A DNA stretch of 64,000 bases from Candidatus Nomurabacteria bacterium (GTDB lineage Bacteria > Patescibacteriota > Minisyncoccia > Phycocordibacterales > UBA9973). Made by a program: the position numbers and the translations under genes. Position 1 is the stretch's first letter. Each line of letters begins with the position of its first letter. The notes below the pieces were generated by a model. That model was not told the DNA's origin. It was given only the letters and a program-made list of their open reading frames with translations, and made no database searches. The stretch lies in assembly GCA_026395965.1 (NCBI GenBank), contig JAPLXS010000012.1, positions 115,977-179,976 of the forward strand, given 5' to 3'. Positions 47,400 to 56,791 of the stretch are shown piece by piece.

Positions 47400-50300
47400 T
47401 AATTGCTTCTATTAATTTATAAGAGGTGGATTCTAGTATTTCTTTTATTTTATCTTTTGGAGTAATTAATAATTGTTCTTTTGTTTTTATTCCTGCTTTG
47501 ACTAATGCTAAATATTCTTCACGAGACATTTCAATATTTATATTTAAAAGACCAAAGCATTCTGATGGAATTCCTGTTTCTAGACTCTTAAGTAAATCTT
47601 CAAATATTTTATCTTCTAACATTTCGCCAGGAAAAATAATTGTAGCAATTTTATGAACTGACCTAAGTTGGAATCTAGTAAAATCAGCAAAGGTTCTTAT
47701 GTTGCCATAAGCGATATTACCCATATAAGGATTGTTTGATTTGAACGTTTCTTCAATATCTGGGGTTGGAATACCATTAATCCAATCAAACAGAACTGAT
47801 GCTTTTTTACATCGAGCATAATATTTAAATTCATCGCCATTTGTAAATCTTTGTAGTAATCTAACAATTTCAGGTCCAAAACGTTGAGATGCCTCTCTAG
47901 GTCGCTTAGATTCAGATGTCCCTTTTTTAAACATAGGGGTATATGTATTGTCTGATTCTGGAAGTATTTGTACTATAGCCATTAATTCATTTGCACTCAA
48001 AGAAGGGTTTTTATAATCCTTTAATAATTCAACAAGACGTAATGCTGATCTAAAAGACAATACTGATTCTCCGCATACCTTACCTAAAATAGTTAAATGA
48101 ACTAAACCATTTTCTTCTTCTGCAATACCCAATCTGACCATTTCATTATATAAATTTTCAAGCTCTTGTCTCATTTTCTTTTCCCACTCCGGATCTTTTT
48201 TATTAGCGACATAACCACCATACGTATTTGCTAGAAGATTAAATAGGTCATTTTTATGAACATCTTTTACTTGAACTAAAAGTTTTATTACCCAAGTATC
48301 AAGATCTGAAATATCAAAAGATGATATTAATGGTTCAGGTTTGCCTAAGACATATTTGTTGAACAAAAAATCTGGACTGCTTCCATTATCTGCTAAAATA
48401 ATTGCTTTTCCTTTTTCATTAAATCCTACACGACCAGCTCGTCCAGCCATATTTTTATATTCAGCAATAGTAAATATTCGTCCATTTTCACCAACAAATT
48501 CTTGTTCCGCTAAAATTGCAGTAGAAGCGGGTGTATTAATCCCCGCAGCAACTGTGGTTGTTGCTACAAGAACTTTAATTTTACTATTCGTATCACGGAA
48601 TACGCGTTCTACAATTCGTCGTTCTTCTCTGCTTAGGTTTGAATTATGAAATGCTGTTCCACCCTCGAAGCAAGTTCTAAGTTTAGAAGAAGTAGAAGAT
48701 GATGCATATCTAGGAAGCATATTAACTTCATCTAAAGCTGGAGGTAATCCAATATCAGTAGCAAGATAATTAGCAGCTCCTTCTGTTAATCCTTTTTGAT
48801 TACGAAAAATTATAATTTTTTCTCCCTTTTCAACTAGACTTTTTACAAGTGGAACAATCATATCTTGTTGACTTGGCTTGTCCTTACGTTGAACAATTTC
48901 ATGATACGGAACTAGCTGTTCCATCTTTATTTCTCCATTTTCTGAAAGATATTTAAATTGACCGTTTCTACCCATAACTCCTTCTATTAATGGAATTGGC
49001 CTTTTAGTCGTTAAAAGTTTTCTACATCCTAACCAATCTTCAAAATTATTACTATCACCAATAACTGCTGATAAAATAACTAATTGAGGATTAACACCTC
49101 GTGTTCTTACGGCAATAAGATTCGTTAACAGTAATTCTACAGATATTCCTCTGTTTAAGTCAGTGATAAATTGGGCCTCATCAAGAACTACTAAACCAAT
49201 TTGATTTAAAACAGAAGGTAATGAAATACTTAAATTTAAAAACATTTCATATGTAAAAAGTGCAATATCATACTTACCCTTAATAAATTCATTATTTTGA
49301 TCTAAATAATCTCCTGTACAACGTATTACTCTATAACCAAGTTTATTTTGATACAGATCAATAAATTGATCATATTTTTCATTAACTAATGCTTTGTAGG
49401 GAAAGAGAAAAACTGATTTTTTCCCCATGGAAACAGCCTTAGCACTGGCTAATTCACCTACAAAAGTTTTTCCAGAACTAGTCGGTGCAATTACAAGGAC
49501 TGATTCGTTCTCTAAAATTCTATATTCATTTATTGCTTCAAGTTGTAAATCATTTAATCCGTTTTTAAATAATTGGCCCCATTCTTTTGTTAATTCTTCA
49601 GGGATCCCGAATTTATTTAGCTCTTCAATTTTATTTGAAATCTTTACTCCTCTTTTTTGAGGAAAGGCATTAAAATAATTTTTTCCAGGTATAAGTTTGG
49701 GAAGTGTTAATCCTCCTGTGACATGATTTAATAAAACTGGAGTTTGAATTACTCCTATTCTACTTGCTTCAGCTCTTACAATATCCATTATGTCTCCCAT
49801 TGCCGACAACATGTTTATAGTCTCATCTTTAGATAAAGTTAGTATATCAATAAGAGCTTTTGTTAAAATTCCATGTCCTGTTGACGGTAATTCATATGAG
49901 GGTTCATCAAAATTTGAGGCAGCAATAATAAATCTTCCTTCTCCAGACAATGAATCAAGGGGGTTACCTATATTACGAGGGATAGGACTATCTTCCAAAA
50001 CTTTAGCTGGAGCACCTCCACTAAAACAACAGTCAAGTATACACAAAATATTTTTTGCTTTACTTTGCTTGAAAAGATCAGCAATCCCTTGCATGGGGAA
50101 AGTAGTTTTTTCTATGTTTATGATTTCTGTATCAAAACCAGTTATTCTGTGATCTTTAGACCCATGTCCAGAATAGAAAAAAATAATGGTATCATTTTGA
50201 GTTGCAATAGATAAGCTTTCTTCTAATGCTTTTTTAATATTATAAATATTGGCGTTAGTTCCAGTAATAATTTCACCAATAATTTCTTTATCTAACGTAT

Positions 50301-50409
50301 CAATAAAAAGATTTCCTAATGCTAATGCATCATTTTTTGCTCCACTTAAGTCTCGTATTGATGGATCTTTGTATTTATCTACTCCAATGAATTTAGCTAT
50401 TATTGCCAT
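47392..50409 (-). CDS. Metacaspase (peptidase C14) fused to Ski2/Hel308-like DExH helicase
   Basis: Caspase dyad FYSGHG and ILDCC; helicase motifs APTSSGKT, DEAQ, LSA, AFHNS.L...ER..VE, ATTTVAAGINTPA and MAGRAGR, with a WH/ratchet-like C-terminus. Confidence 0.9.
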   Translation of the reverse strand: MAIIAKFIGVDKYKDPSIRDLSGAKNDALALGNLFIDTLDKEIIGEIITGTNANIYNIKKALEESLSIATQNDTIIFFYSGHGSKDHRITGFDTEIINIEKTTFPMQGIADLFKQSKAKNILCILDCCFSGGAPAKVLEDSPIPRNIGNPLDSLSGEGRFIIAASNFDEPSYELPSTGHGILTKALIDILTLSKDETINMLSAMGDIMDIVRAEASRIGVIQTPVLLNHVTGGLTLPKLIPGKNYFNAFPQKRGVKISNKIEELNKFGIPEELTKEWGQLFKNGLNDLQLEAINEYRILENESVLVIAPTSSGKTFVGELASAKAVSMGKKSVFLFPYKALVNEKYDQFIDLYQNKLGYRVIRCTGDYLDQNNEFIKGKYDIALFTYEMFLNLSISLPSVLNQIGLVVLDEAQFITDLNRGISVELLLTNLIAVRTRGVNPQLVILSAVIGDSNNFEDWLGCRKLLTTKRPIPLIEGVMGRNGQFKYLSENGEIKMEQLVPYHEIVQRKDKPSQQDMIVPLVKSLVEKGEKIIIFRNQKGLTEGAANYLATDIGLPPALDEVNMLPRYASSSTSSKLRTCFEGGTAFHNSNLSREERRIVERVFRDTNSKIKVLVATTTVAAGINTPASTAILAEQEFVGENGRIFTIAEYKNMAGRAGRVGFNEKGKAIILADNGSSPDFLFNKYVLGKPEPLISSFDISDLDTWVIKLLVQVKDVHKNDLFNLLANTYGGYVANKKDPEWEKKMRQELENLYNEMVRLGIAEEENGLVHLTILGKVCGESVLSFRSALRLVELLKDYKNPSLSANELMAIVQILPESDNTYTPMFKKGTSESKRPREASQRFGPEIVRLLQRFTNGDEFKYYARCKKASVLFDWINGIPTPDIEETFKSNNPYMGNIAYGNIRTFADFTRFQLRSVHKIATIIFPGEMLEDKIFEDLLKSLETGIPSECFGLLNINIEMSREEYLALVKAGIKTKEQLLITPKDKIKEILESTSYKLIEAIIK

Positions 50410-50500
50410 AATAAATAAATATTAGCACTAATAGCTATTAGATGATAGTTATAATAACAAAAAACATATTTTCATATATGCTTCTCGTGCTAGCACGTGA

Positions 50501-50575
50501 TGGTGACCCTACCGGGAATCGAACCCGGATTACCGGCTTGAAAAGCCGATGTCCTAACCGTTAGACGATAAGGCC
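50501..50575 (-). tRNA. tRNA-Glu(TTC)
   Basis: GGCCTTATCGTCTAACGGTTAGGACATCGGCTTTTCAAGCCGGTAATCCGGGTTCGATTCCCGGTAGGGTCACCA; CCA encoded. Confidence 0.96.
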
Positions 50576-50762
50576 AATATTAAAACATTCTTTTAAAATG
50601 CAAATAACTTTACTGTACGGCTTTTACGCCGATGTCCGCTGTATCTAACTTGGTTAGACAACAAGGCCAATAAATACCGAATCAGTATAGCATTTTTATC
50701 AAAAAAATCAAATATTCAATATTTTTTACTTATAATATATAAGTATTTTAATATCATTAAAC

Positions 50763-50792
50763 TTGACAAATAGGCGTAGTATGTGATATAAT
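50763..50792 (+). promoter_or_regulatory. Consensus sigma-70 promoter
   Basis: TTGACA (50763-68), an 18-nt spacer ending in TGn, then TATAAT (50787-92), upstream of the ORF at 50956. Confidence 0.7.
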
Positions 50793-50955
50793 ACAAGATA
50801 GATAAGTAGTTTTTTGACAAAATATTGTTATTTATATTGGTTTGTCCATTTTAGTGGTCAATCACCCTTTATGTATGCCATTTACTATTAAAATGGATAA
50901 ACCAATAACTAATTAATAACAAAAATAAAAAAAACAGCCATGGAGGGCTGACAAA

Positions 50956-51906
50956 ATGAAAAAAAATCAAGTAATACCAAACACTAAGACACCAACTGTG
51001 GTCTATTTAATTCTATTAATGATAATATTAATATTCGGCACAATTTTTTATTCCTTATTTGGAATATGGGGGATAATTATTTTCTTTATTATTTTAGCGT
51101 ACTTTACGTCACTATTTTTAGAAGATGATATTCCTATGTTCCATGCACTAATAATGAGAGGTGGCACAGGAAAAATGCGAGTACTATTTCCAGGAGTTTT
51201 TAATTTTAAATTACCCTGGGAACAAGCACACGAAGAAAACGGTGCTAAGAAATACATCGATCTTAGGGTTGAAACTGGTGAAATATGTAATGATACATAT
51301 CCATCAAAAGACACCTTAATGAAAACACAATATGTGTATTCATTAAGACCTGATCTTAGAAAAAGTAATAACGGAACTATTGAAGAAAATATTATAAAAT
51401 TTTCTTCATTTGAGATTTCTGCAATTAGAGAGAAGGCTAAAGCATTATTTTCAATGTTACTTTCTGATTGGTATGCGAACAAGAGTGGTGATGATTTAAA
51501 AAATAAATCATTAATCAACAAAAAACTTTTTGGAACAAAAGACAAGCCATCTAATGCTGTCACCGAATTTGAAAAAGAACATGGCGTTGAAATTTCTGTT
51601 CGACTTGTCGACAGTGATTTTAATGACAATGTTCAAGAATACCGTGATAAAATCGCTGGTGCAAAAACCATCAATGAAATACGAAATATTTTAATGAAGG
51701 ACGACATTCACGAAGATGGAACTGTAGCAAAAGGAGTTAGTCCTGAAGTCGCAGATCAAATGATTAAATTTATGGAGTTTGGCAACTACTCAGAAAAAGT
51801 TGTAAATCTAAACATCAAAGCACCAGACCTTGGAAATCTACAAAATGTAAATTTATTAGGTGGAACAGGAATCACTGGTGATGAAAAAAAAGAAGGTAAA
51901 AAATGA
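50956..51906 (+). CDS. Membrane protein, probably SPFH/band-7-like
   Basis: Two N-terminal TMs, then RVLFPG..FKLPWE, IDLR and EHGVEI.V...D, a divergent SPFH pattern; GGAGG RBS upstream. Confidence 0.5.
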   Translation: MKKNQVIPNTKTPTVVYLILLMIILIFGTIFYSLFGIWGIIIFFIILAYFTSLFLEDDIPMFHALIMRGGTGKMRVLFPGVFNFKLPWEQAHEENGAKKYIDLRVETGEICNDTYPSKDTLMKTQYVYSLRPDLRKSNNGTIEENIIKFSSFEISAIREKAKALFSMLLSDWYANKSGDDLKNKSLINKKLFGTKDKPSNAVTEFEKEHGVEISVRLVDSDFNDNVQEYRDKIAGAKTINEIRNILMKDDIHEDGTVAKGVSPEVADQMIKFMEFGNYSEKVVNLNIKAPDLGNLQNVNLLGGTGITGDEKKEGKK

Positions 51907-52364
51907 GTACAAATGAAAAAGTATCAGGCCGCACATTATTTAAATGGATAGCCTTAGGAATTGCAATTTTCTTATTTTTAATTGCAATTAGTACATTTAT
52001 TAAATCCTTTAAAACGGATTTATTTAATGGAAAAAATGAAACTGAATCAACTAATCAAAATGGTGTTAATTCTTCTAACCAAAATAATTATATTTGGGTT
52101 GAAAAAGATGTAAAATATATACCACTGAATAGCGAATTCGGGAATAAGTACAATCTCTTACATGGAGATGGATTTAGTTTTGAGAATTCTACTGTACCAT
52201 ATTGTGTGATTAATGGAAATAATCATTCTGAATGCGGTACAATTAATGAAGATTTATCTTCAAAATTTGGAAAAGAAATTGCTAATGATGAATTAAGATT
52301 CAAAAGCAATAACTCCCAAAATGGAATATTAAAACTAGTTATTTGGGAAAAAAAATTCAAATAA
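51903..52364 (+). CDS. Single-TM hypothetical protein
   Basis: ATGA overlap with the upstream gene; N-terminal TM and an Asn-rich linker. Confidence 0.6.
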   Translation: MSTNEKVSGRTLFKWIALGIAIFLFLIAISTFIKSFKTDLFNGKNETESTNQNGVNSSNQNNYIWVEKDVKYIPLNSEFGNKYNLLHGDGFSFENSTVPYCVINGNNHSECGTINEDLSSKFGKEIANDELRFKSNNSQNGILKLVIWEKKFK

Positions 52365-52422
52365 TAAATAAAACAAAACACGCTTCCAAATGGAAAGCGT
52401 GTTTTTATTTTGTTTAAATTAT

Positions 52423-52758
52423 CTATTGACCAATGGTTATATCGGTACTATTTACTTTGATATTGGTAACACCTAAAGTATTTAAAAGTATATTCATAAT
52501 CCCAAATACTGATATCATTATAAACATTCCAATGACTCCCCATATCATGAGTGATTTACTTGATTTTCGTATCTCTTCATTGTCTGGAGATAAAAGATAT
52601 CTAGTAAGCCCATAAAGGAAGTAAACAACAGCAAGAGCAAATAAAAGTACTATAAGAGGGTTTATAATAACCTTGTCTACTGCTTTCATTAGAGTTGCTA
52701 CACTTGCCTCTGCTGTTGGGATAATTCCAAAATTCATATAATTATTAACAATTTGCAC
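52423..52758 (-). CDS. CPR pilin (TrbC/VirB2-like)
   Basis: Two TMs around a charged loop: INPLI.LLF.LAVVYFLYG...EEIRK.SK..MIWGVIGMFIM.SVFGI. Confidence 0.7.
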   Translation of the reverse strand: MQIVNNYMNFGIIPTAEASVATLMKAVDKVIINPLIVLLFALAVVYFLYGLTRYLLSPDNEEIRKSSKSLMIWGVIGMFIMISVFGIMNILLNTLGVTNIKVNSTDITIGQ

Positions 52759-53113
52759 CCATGTTGTTTTGAGAAGTAGGAATACAAGGTGTTATATTTT
52801 GACCTGTTACATTTCCTATTCCAAATGTATTTTTAACTACTGCAATAATTCCCCAGAAAGCTACGATAACAAACAAACCAATAAGACCATTTATGATCTT
52901 TGTACGGCCCATTTTCTTTGCTTCTTCATCAGATGAAGTCATAAATGAGATAACTCCCCAGATAAAGTAAACAACAGCTACAGTTATAAGTGCAGGAACG
53001 ATGTAGTTTAAGTAACCTACAAGCTGTGCGATAATACCACCTATTTGATCTGCTGCAAAAGCCATAAAAGGAACTGAACTCAAAACCAAACCAAAAGAAA
53101 TAATTTTTTTCAT
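52745..53113 (-). CDS. CPR pilin (TrbC/VirB2-like)
   Basis: Signal peptide ending AFAA; VP.LI..AVVYFIWGV...DEE.KK.GR..II.GLIGLFVIV..WGI. Confidence 0.75.
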   Translation of the reverse strand: MKKIISFGLVLSSVPFMAFAADQIGGIIAQLVGYLNYIVPALITVAVVYFIWGVISFMTSSDEEAKKMGRTKIINGLIGLFVIVAFWGIIAVVKNTFGIGNVTGQNITPCIPTSQNNMGANC

Positions 53114-53256
53114 ATTTTTAAAAACTAATTTTAAATCTAATAAACTTTAATAATATAACAATACTTTGTTAAATCCTATCGACATAGGAAATAAAAAATC
53201 AAATGTATAATTGTATTATATCAACAAGACGTGATATACACAATATTTTACTACTC

Positions 53257-53601
53257 TTACTGTGGAAGATTTGGAATAACAGCACTACCTCCGGGTATGA
53301 ATGTTGAAGACAATATTCCCACCAATCCCCAAATACTTACCATTACAAACAAAGTAATCAATCCCCATATCATATAACTCTTTCCAGCTTTTCTCTTTTC
53401 TTCATTCTCTGGATTTAGGAAAAATTGAATAATCCCATAGATGAAAGCTGTGACAGCTAAAGACATCAAAAGAGGTACCACTGCATTCATGAGTGTACAG
53501 GTAAAGTAATTTATAAAACTTGTTAGGTTTGTGATTCCTCCCCCACAAGATATACCTGCTACACTATTTGTACTTGCTGCATAAGCAATCATTGTATTCA
53601 T
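53257..53601 (-). CDS. CPR pilin (TrbC/VirB2-like)
   Basis: VVPLL..LA...FIYG...NEEKRK.GK..MIWGLI.LFVMVSIWGLV. Confidence 0.75.
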   Translation of the reverse strand: MNTMIAYAASTNSVAGISCGGGITNLTSFINYFTCTLMNAVVPLLMSLAVTAFIYGIIQFFLNPENEEKRKAGKSYMIWGLITLFVMVSIWGLVGILSSTFIPGGSAVIPNLPQ

Positions 53602-53610
53602 ATAATTATA

Positions 53611-54102
53611 CTATGCTGAACTTTTAATTTCGTCGACCGTTTTACCAATAGCATTTGCTATTACAAATGCGCCAAGCAGAAGTGCGGCACCTATCAGGGT
53701 ATACATCAGGGCATTTTTTGCTTTTGAAATTTCTTCGGGGTTACCTTGAGCTTTCACAAAAAGGAATCCTGTATAAATGATAGCAAGGACAACGATAGGT
53801 ATTCCAACAATAAGAACAATGTTTATAACTGCTTCAATAAACTTTGGTATAGAATCTATATTCTTACCTAATGGATTTGTGATTGTATTTTTAATACCTG
53901 TTATATTTGCTGATCCTGTTTCACTACCAACTTGCCCTCCTGGACCACCACCAACTTGCCCTCCTGGACCACTTTCTACTCCTCCAAGAGCCCAAACTTT
54001 AGGTATTATTAATATAAATGCAAATACAAAAACAAAACTATACTTTAAAATATTTGATAAAATGCTATATTTTTTTTTCTTAAAAATTTTCATATGATTC
54101 AT
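53611..54102 (-). CDS. CPR pilin (TrbC/VirB2-like) with Gly-rich linker
   Basis: GPGGQVG repeated twice; NPL...IIYTGF.FV.AQGNPEEI.KAK.AL.Y..IG. Confidence 0.75.
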   Translation of the reverse strand: MNHMKIFKKKKYSILSNILKYSFVFVFAFILIIPKVWALGGVESGPGGQVGGGPGGQVGSETGSANITGIKNTITNPLGKNIDSIPKFIEAVINIVLIVGIPIVVLAIIYTGFLFVKAQGNPEEISKAKNALMYTLIGAALLLGAFVIANAIGKTVDEIKSSA

Positions 54103-54135
54103 TAAAAAATGCTGTGCATAATTTATTATTAATAA

Positions 54136-55464
54136 TTAACCCAAAAATGTAGGACCAGTAAAACCTAAGCTGAAAAGAATAGTCTTTACTATAAGCCAAG
54201 CAGCTAGAGCTATAACATATCCAATGACTGCATTTTTCAATATCTCCTTTGCGTGTTTTATATTTTCAGAACTTCCCATATCACTAAGATACAACCATCC
54301 GACATAGATTATAATAAGTGCAAACAATGGAGTAGCAAGTGTAACAAGTAAGAAATTAATAACTTTATTGATTATTGCTATTACCATATTAAAATCACAA
54401 GCATTTGAATAAACTCCATTTACAATATTGCCAGTATTACATTCGGGGACTAAACCATGCCATTTTACTGAACTAGAAGAATTACTAATACTACCAGAAC
54501 CTGTATTAGAAGTACCATTTTGATTATTGTTATCGGTACCAGTACCAGACCCTGAAGCAGAAATTACTTTAAATGGTGTGTCACTAAGTGCTGTGGTACC
54601 ATCTATCATCAAAAGAGATACAACTCCAGTGGTAGCACCAGCTGGTACATTGACTGTTATCTCTGTGGGAATACTAGTCTTAGTAATTGCTTTTTTAGTG
54701 TTAAAAAATACATTATTTAAACCTGTTGATCCAGTAAGATATTCCCCTGAAATAGTCACAAGATCTCCTACTTTTCCTTCTTTAGGAGAAATATCAAATA
54801 TTTTTGAAAAATTACCAGTGCTCGCATCTGTTGTAATCTTAAAGTTAATATCACTAATAGCAGGTGTATCACTACTTGTTGTTACGGTAATAACTCCATC
54901 ATTTGCACCAGATGGTACTTTGACTATTATTTGTGTATCGCTACTACTTACTACTTCTCCTTTTTTTGAAAAAGGAAAATATACATTTTGTAAAGTATTA
55001 AAATTTGATCCTTTTATAGTGACGACATCACCCACTTTGCCTTTTATAGGAGACACACTTGTTATTTTGGGAATTGTATTTGTACTGGATCCTTGAGTTA
55101 AATCTGAGTTTGCTGTAGATGTATCACCGACAGTAAAGTCAATAACTCCTATTTCAGTAGAACTATTGTTTGAATAATCCAATACATAACCTTGGTATTT
55201 TGCACCAGTTATCAAAGAATCAAATGTATGTTCAGCGATTCCACTGCTGTCTGTTTTTACTCCGATAACAATATTGTCTAAATTAGATCCAATTTTTCTA
55301 ACACCAAGACCGATTGATTTTGAAAACAAACCACTGTCTACATTTAGGGTTACAGAATTGGACTGAGGGTTTTTTATTTTAATAACAACATTTGCATAAG
55401 CACTATTTATATTTAAACATAGTAATGCTAAGAAAAAAATATATCCGAAAAGTTTTTTATTCAT
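54136..55464 (-). CDS. Large pilin-like protein with two IPT/TIG domains and a C-terminal VirB2-like pilin
   Basis: Signal peptide; two repeats of (V/I)SP..GKVGD.VTI.G...I.V.VP.GA..G; C-terminal LVP.C...C.F...IIYVG..Y....G......AK....AVIG. Confidence 0.72.
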   Translation of the reverse strand: MNKKLFGYIFFLALLCLNINSAYANVVIKIKNPQSNSVTLNVDSGLFSKSIGLGVRKIGSNLDNIVIGVKTDSSGIAEHTFDSLITGAKYQGYVLDYSNNSSTEIGVIDFTVGDTSTANSDLTQGSSTNTIPKITSVSPIKGKVGDVVTIKGSNFNTLQNVYFPFSKKGEVVSSSDTQIIVKVPSGANDGVITVTTSSDTPAISDINFKITTDASTGNFSKIFDISPKEGKVGDLVTISGEYLTGSTGLNNVFFNTKKAITKTSIPTEITVNVPAGATTGVVSLLMIDGTTALSDTPFKVISASGSGTGTDNNNQNGTSNTGSGSISNSSSSVKWHGLVPECNTGNIVNGVYSNACDFNMVIAIINKVINFLLVTLATPLFALIIIYVGWLYLSDMGSSENIKHAKEILKNAVIGYVIALAAWLIVKTILFSLGFTGPTFLG

Positions 55465-55468
55465 CTTA

Positions 55469-56791
55469 TTATTTTAACAAAAGATCAAGTTGTCCTTGAG
55501 CTTTATTTATGGATTCACTTAATGATAATCTATTTGATAAAATATTTTCTACCATTTCTCCAAAAATTAAATCAGTTTTTGCTCTATCTGGATCAAGCCA
55601 TGATCTTGATATAAGCGCTGAGCTAAAAAATGTTGAAAGAAAATTGGATCCTTGGCCTGTTGGTTTTTCAGAGACAAGTAATGCTTTAGATGCGGGAGGC
55701 AGTGATGTTTCTACAGAAATACTTTTTGCACTTTCTCCTTGACTTAGCTCCCCTGCTATTTGAAATGCTGAAGTAATGTTTGTAGATTTTTTACTTACAA
55801 CAATAGCGTATATTTCTCCGAGAGTACGCTTTTTGGGAGTATCTTTCATTTGTGGAATTTGTGTTACATCAAAACTCAAATTATAATTTACATTTTGAAT
55901 ATTAAACAATTCACTTGCACGTCCTATATAAAATGCACTTTTGCTTTGAGTAAACATATCCACAGAATTAGGCAATGACCTATTCCAAGAATAAGCTGTA
56001 TCTGTTGGGTTTGAAAATTCAACAAAAAACTTTAGTATTGCCTCTATTGGAGCAACAATAGAATTTGAATTATTGTCGGTTAACACAGAACTAAAACCAA
56101 GATCAGTTCTTTTGACTATAGGATTATCATTTTGAACAAGCAAAGTTGCTAGTATATCTTTTGCATTATTTATATTGGTATACTGACCAAGAGCAATCAT
56201 ACTCTGGCTTATAGCCCCAGCATTATCTCTTTTAGTCAAAACAGGATTCATGGTGAAAAATTGATCCCAACTTAAATACGAAGATGGATCAATGATTATA
56301 TTTTCATTTGTTAAGATATCTTTGTTGTAATACAAAACCATCGGGTCTACAATCAACGGCATACCAATAACCCCTGCTTTATCTAGATAAATATTTGCAC
56401 CATCTATAAATGTATCAGTAAATGTTTTTTCTGGATAACTTGCATAGGGTATTTTATAAATAAAATTATCATTCTTTTTAATCATATCTGTAGTTATTAT
56501 AAAAAGATCAGGACCTACTCCGTTTGCAAATGCTTCTATCAAATCCTGTTGGTAAGTAACTTGATTTTGTTTTCTATATATTACACTTACATTTTTATTT
56601 GCTGCACTTATAGCATCTATTGAGTTTTTGAAAACAGAATTTTGAAAAGTTCCCCAAACAACAACTTTGCCTTGAGCTTGATTAGTACTACTTGATGTAC
56701 CACCTATATTTATAGCTCCAGAAAATATCAAAACAGCAAACACAAAGAAGGATACAAAAATTGCTACAAAAATTGTCTGAAAATTATTCAT
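55469..56791 (-). CDS. Extracellular solute-binding protein (family 1-like)
   Basis: N-terminal TM, VVWG, A.A.G.GPDLF, P..VD..VLYYNKD and F..GK-like SAFYIG. Confidence 0.78.
   Translation of the reverse strand: MNNFQTIFVAIFVSFFVFAVLIFSGAINIGGTSSSTNQAQGKVVVWGTFQNSVFKNSIDAISAANKNVSVIYRKQNQVTYQQDLIEAFANGVGPDLFIITTDMIKKNDNFIYKIPYASYPEKTFTDTFIDGANIYLDKAGVIGMPLIVDPMVLYYNKDILTNENIIIDPSSYLSWDQFFTMNPVLTKRDNAGAISQSMIALGQYTNINNAKDILATLLVQNDNPIVKRTDLGFSSVLTDNNSNSIVAPIEAILKFFVEFSNPTDTAYSWNRSLPNSVDMFTQSKSAFYIGRASELFNIQNVNYNLSFDVTQIPQMKDTPKKRTLGEIYAIVVSKKSTNITSAFQIAGELSQGESAKSISVETSLPPASKALLVSEKPTGQGSNFLSTFFSSALISRSWLDPDRAKTDLIFGEMVENILSNRLSLSESINKAQGQLDLLLK

Larger units (their letters stand above)
36935..50518. 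mobile_element. tRNA-Glu-anchored genomic island (composite; may extend left to ~33.7 kb)
   Basis: 18-bp direct repeat TGGTGACCCTACCGGGAA at 36935-36952 and at the tRNA-Glu 3' end (50501-50518). Contains a large serine recombinase and accessory cargo, and is flanked by housekeeping genes. Confidence 0.8.

Noticed and set aside
51904-51906. Alternative genetic code (UGA=Gly, as in Gracilibacteria/Absconditabacteria)
   Set aside because: Conserved genes are full length under code 11, and TGA serves as a stop in an ATGA overlap here
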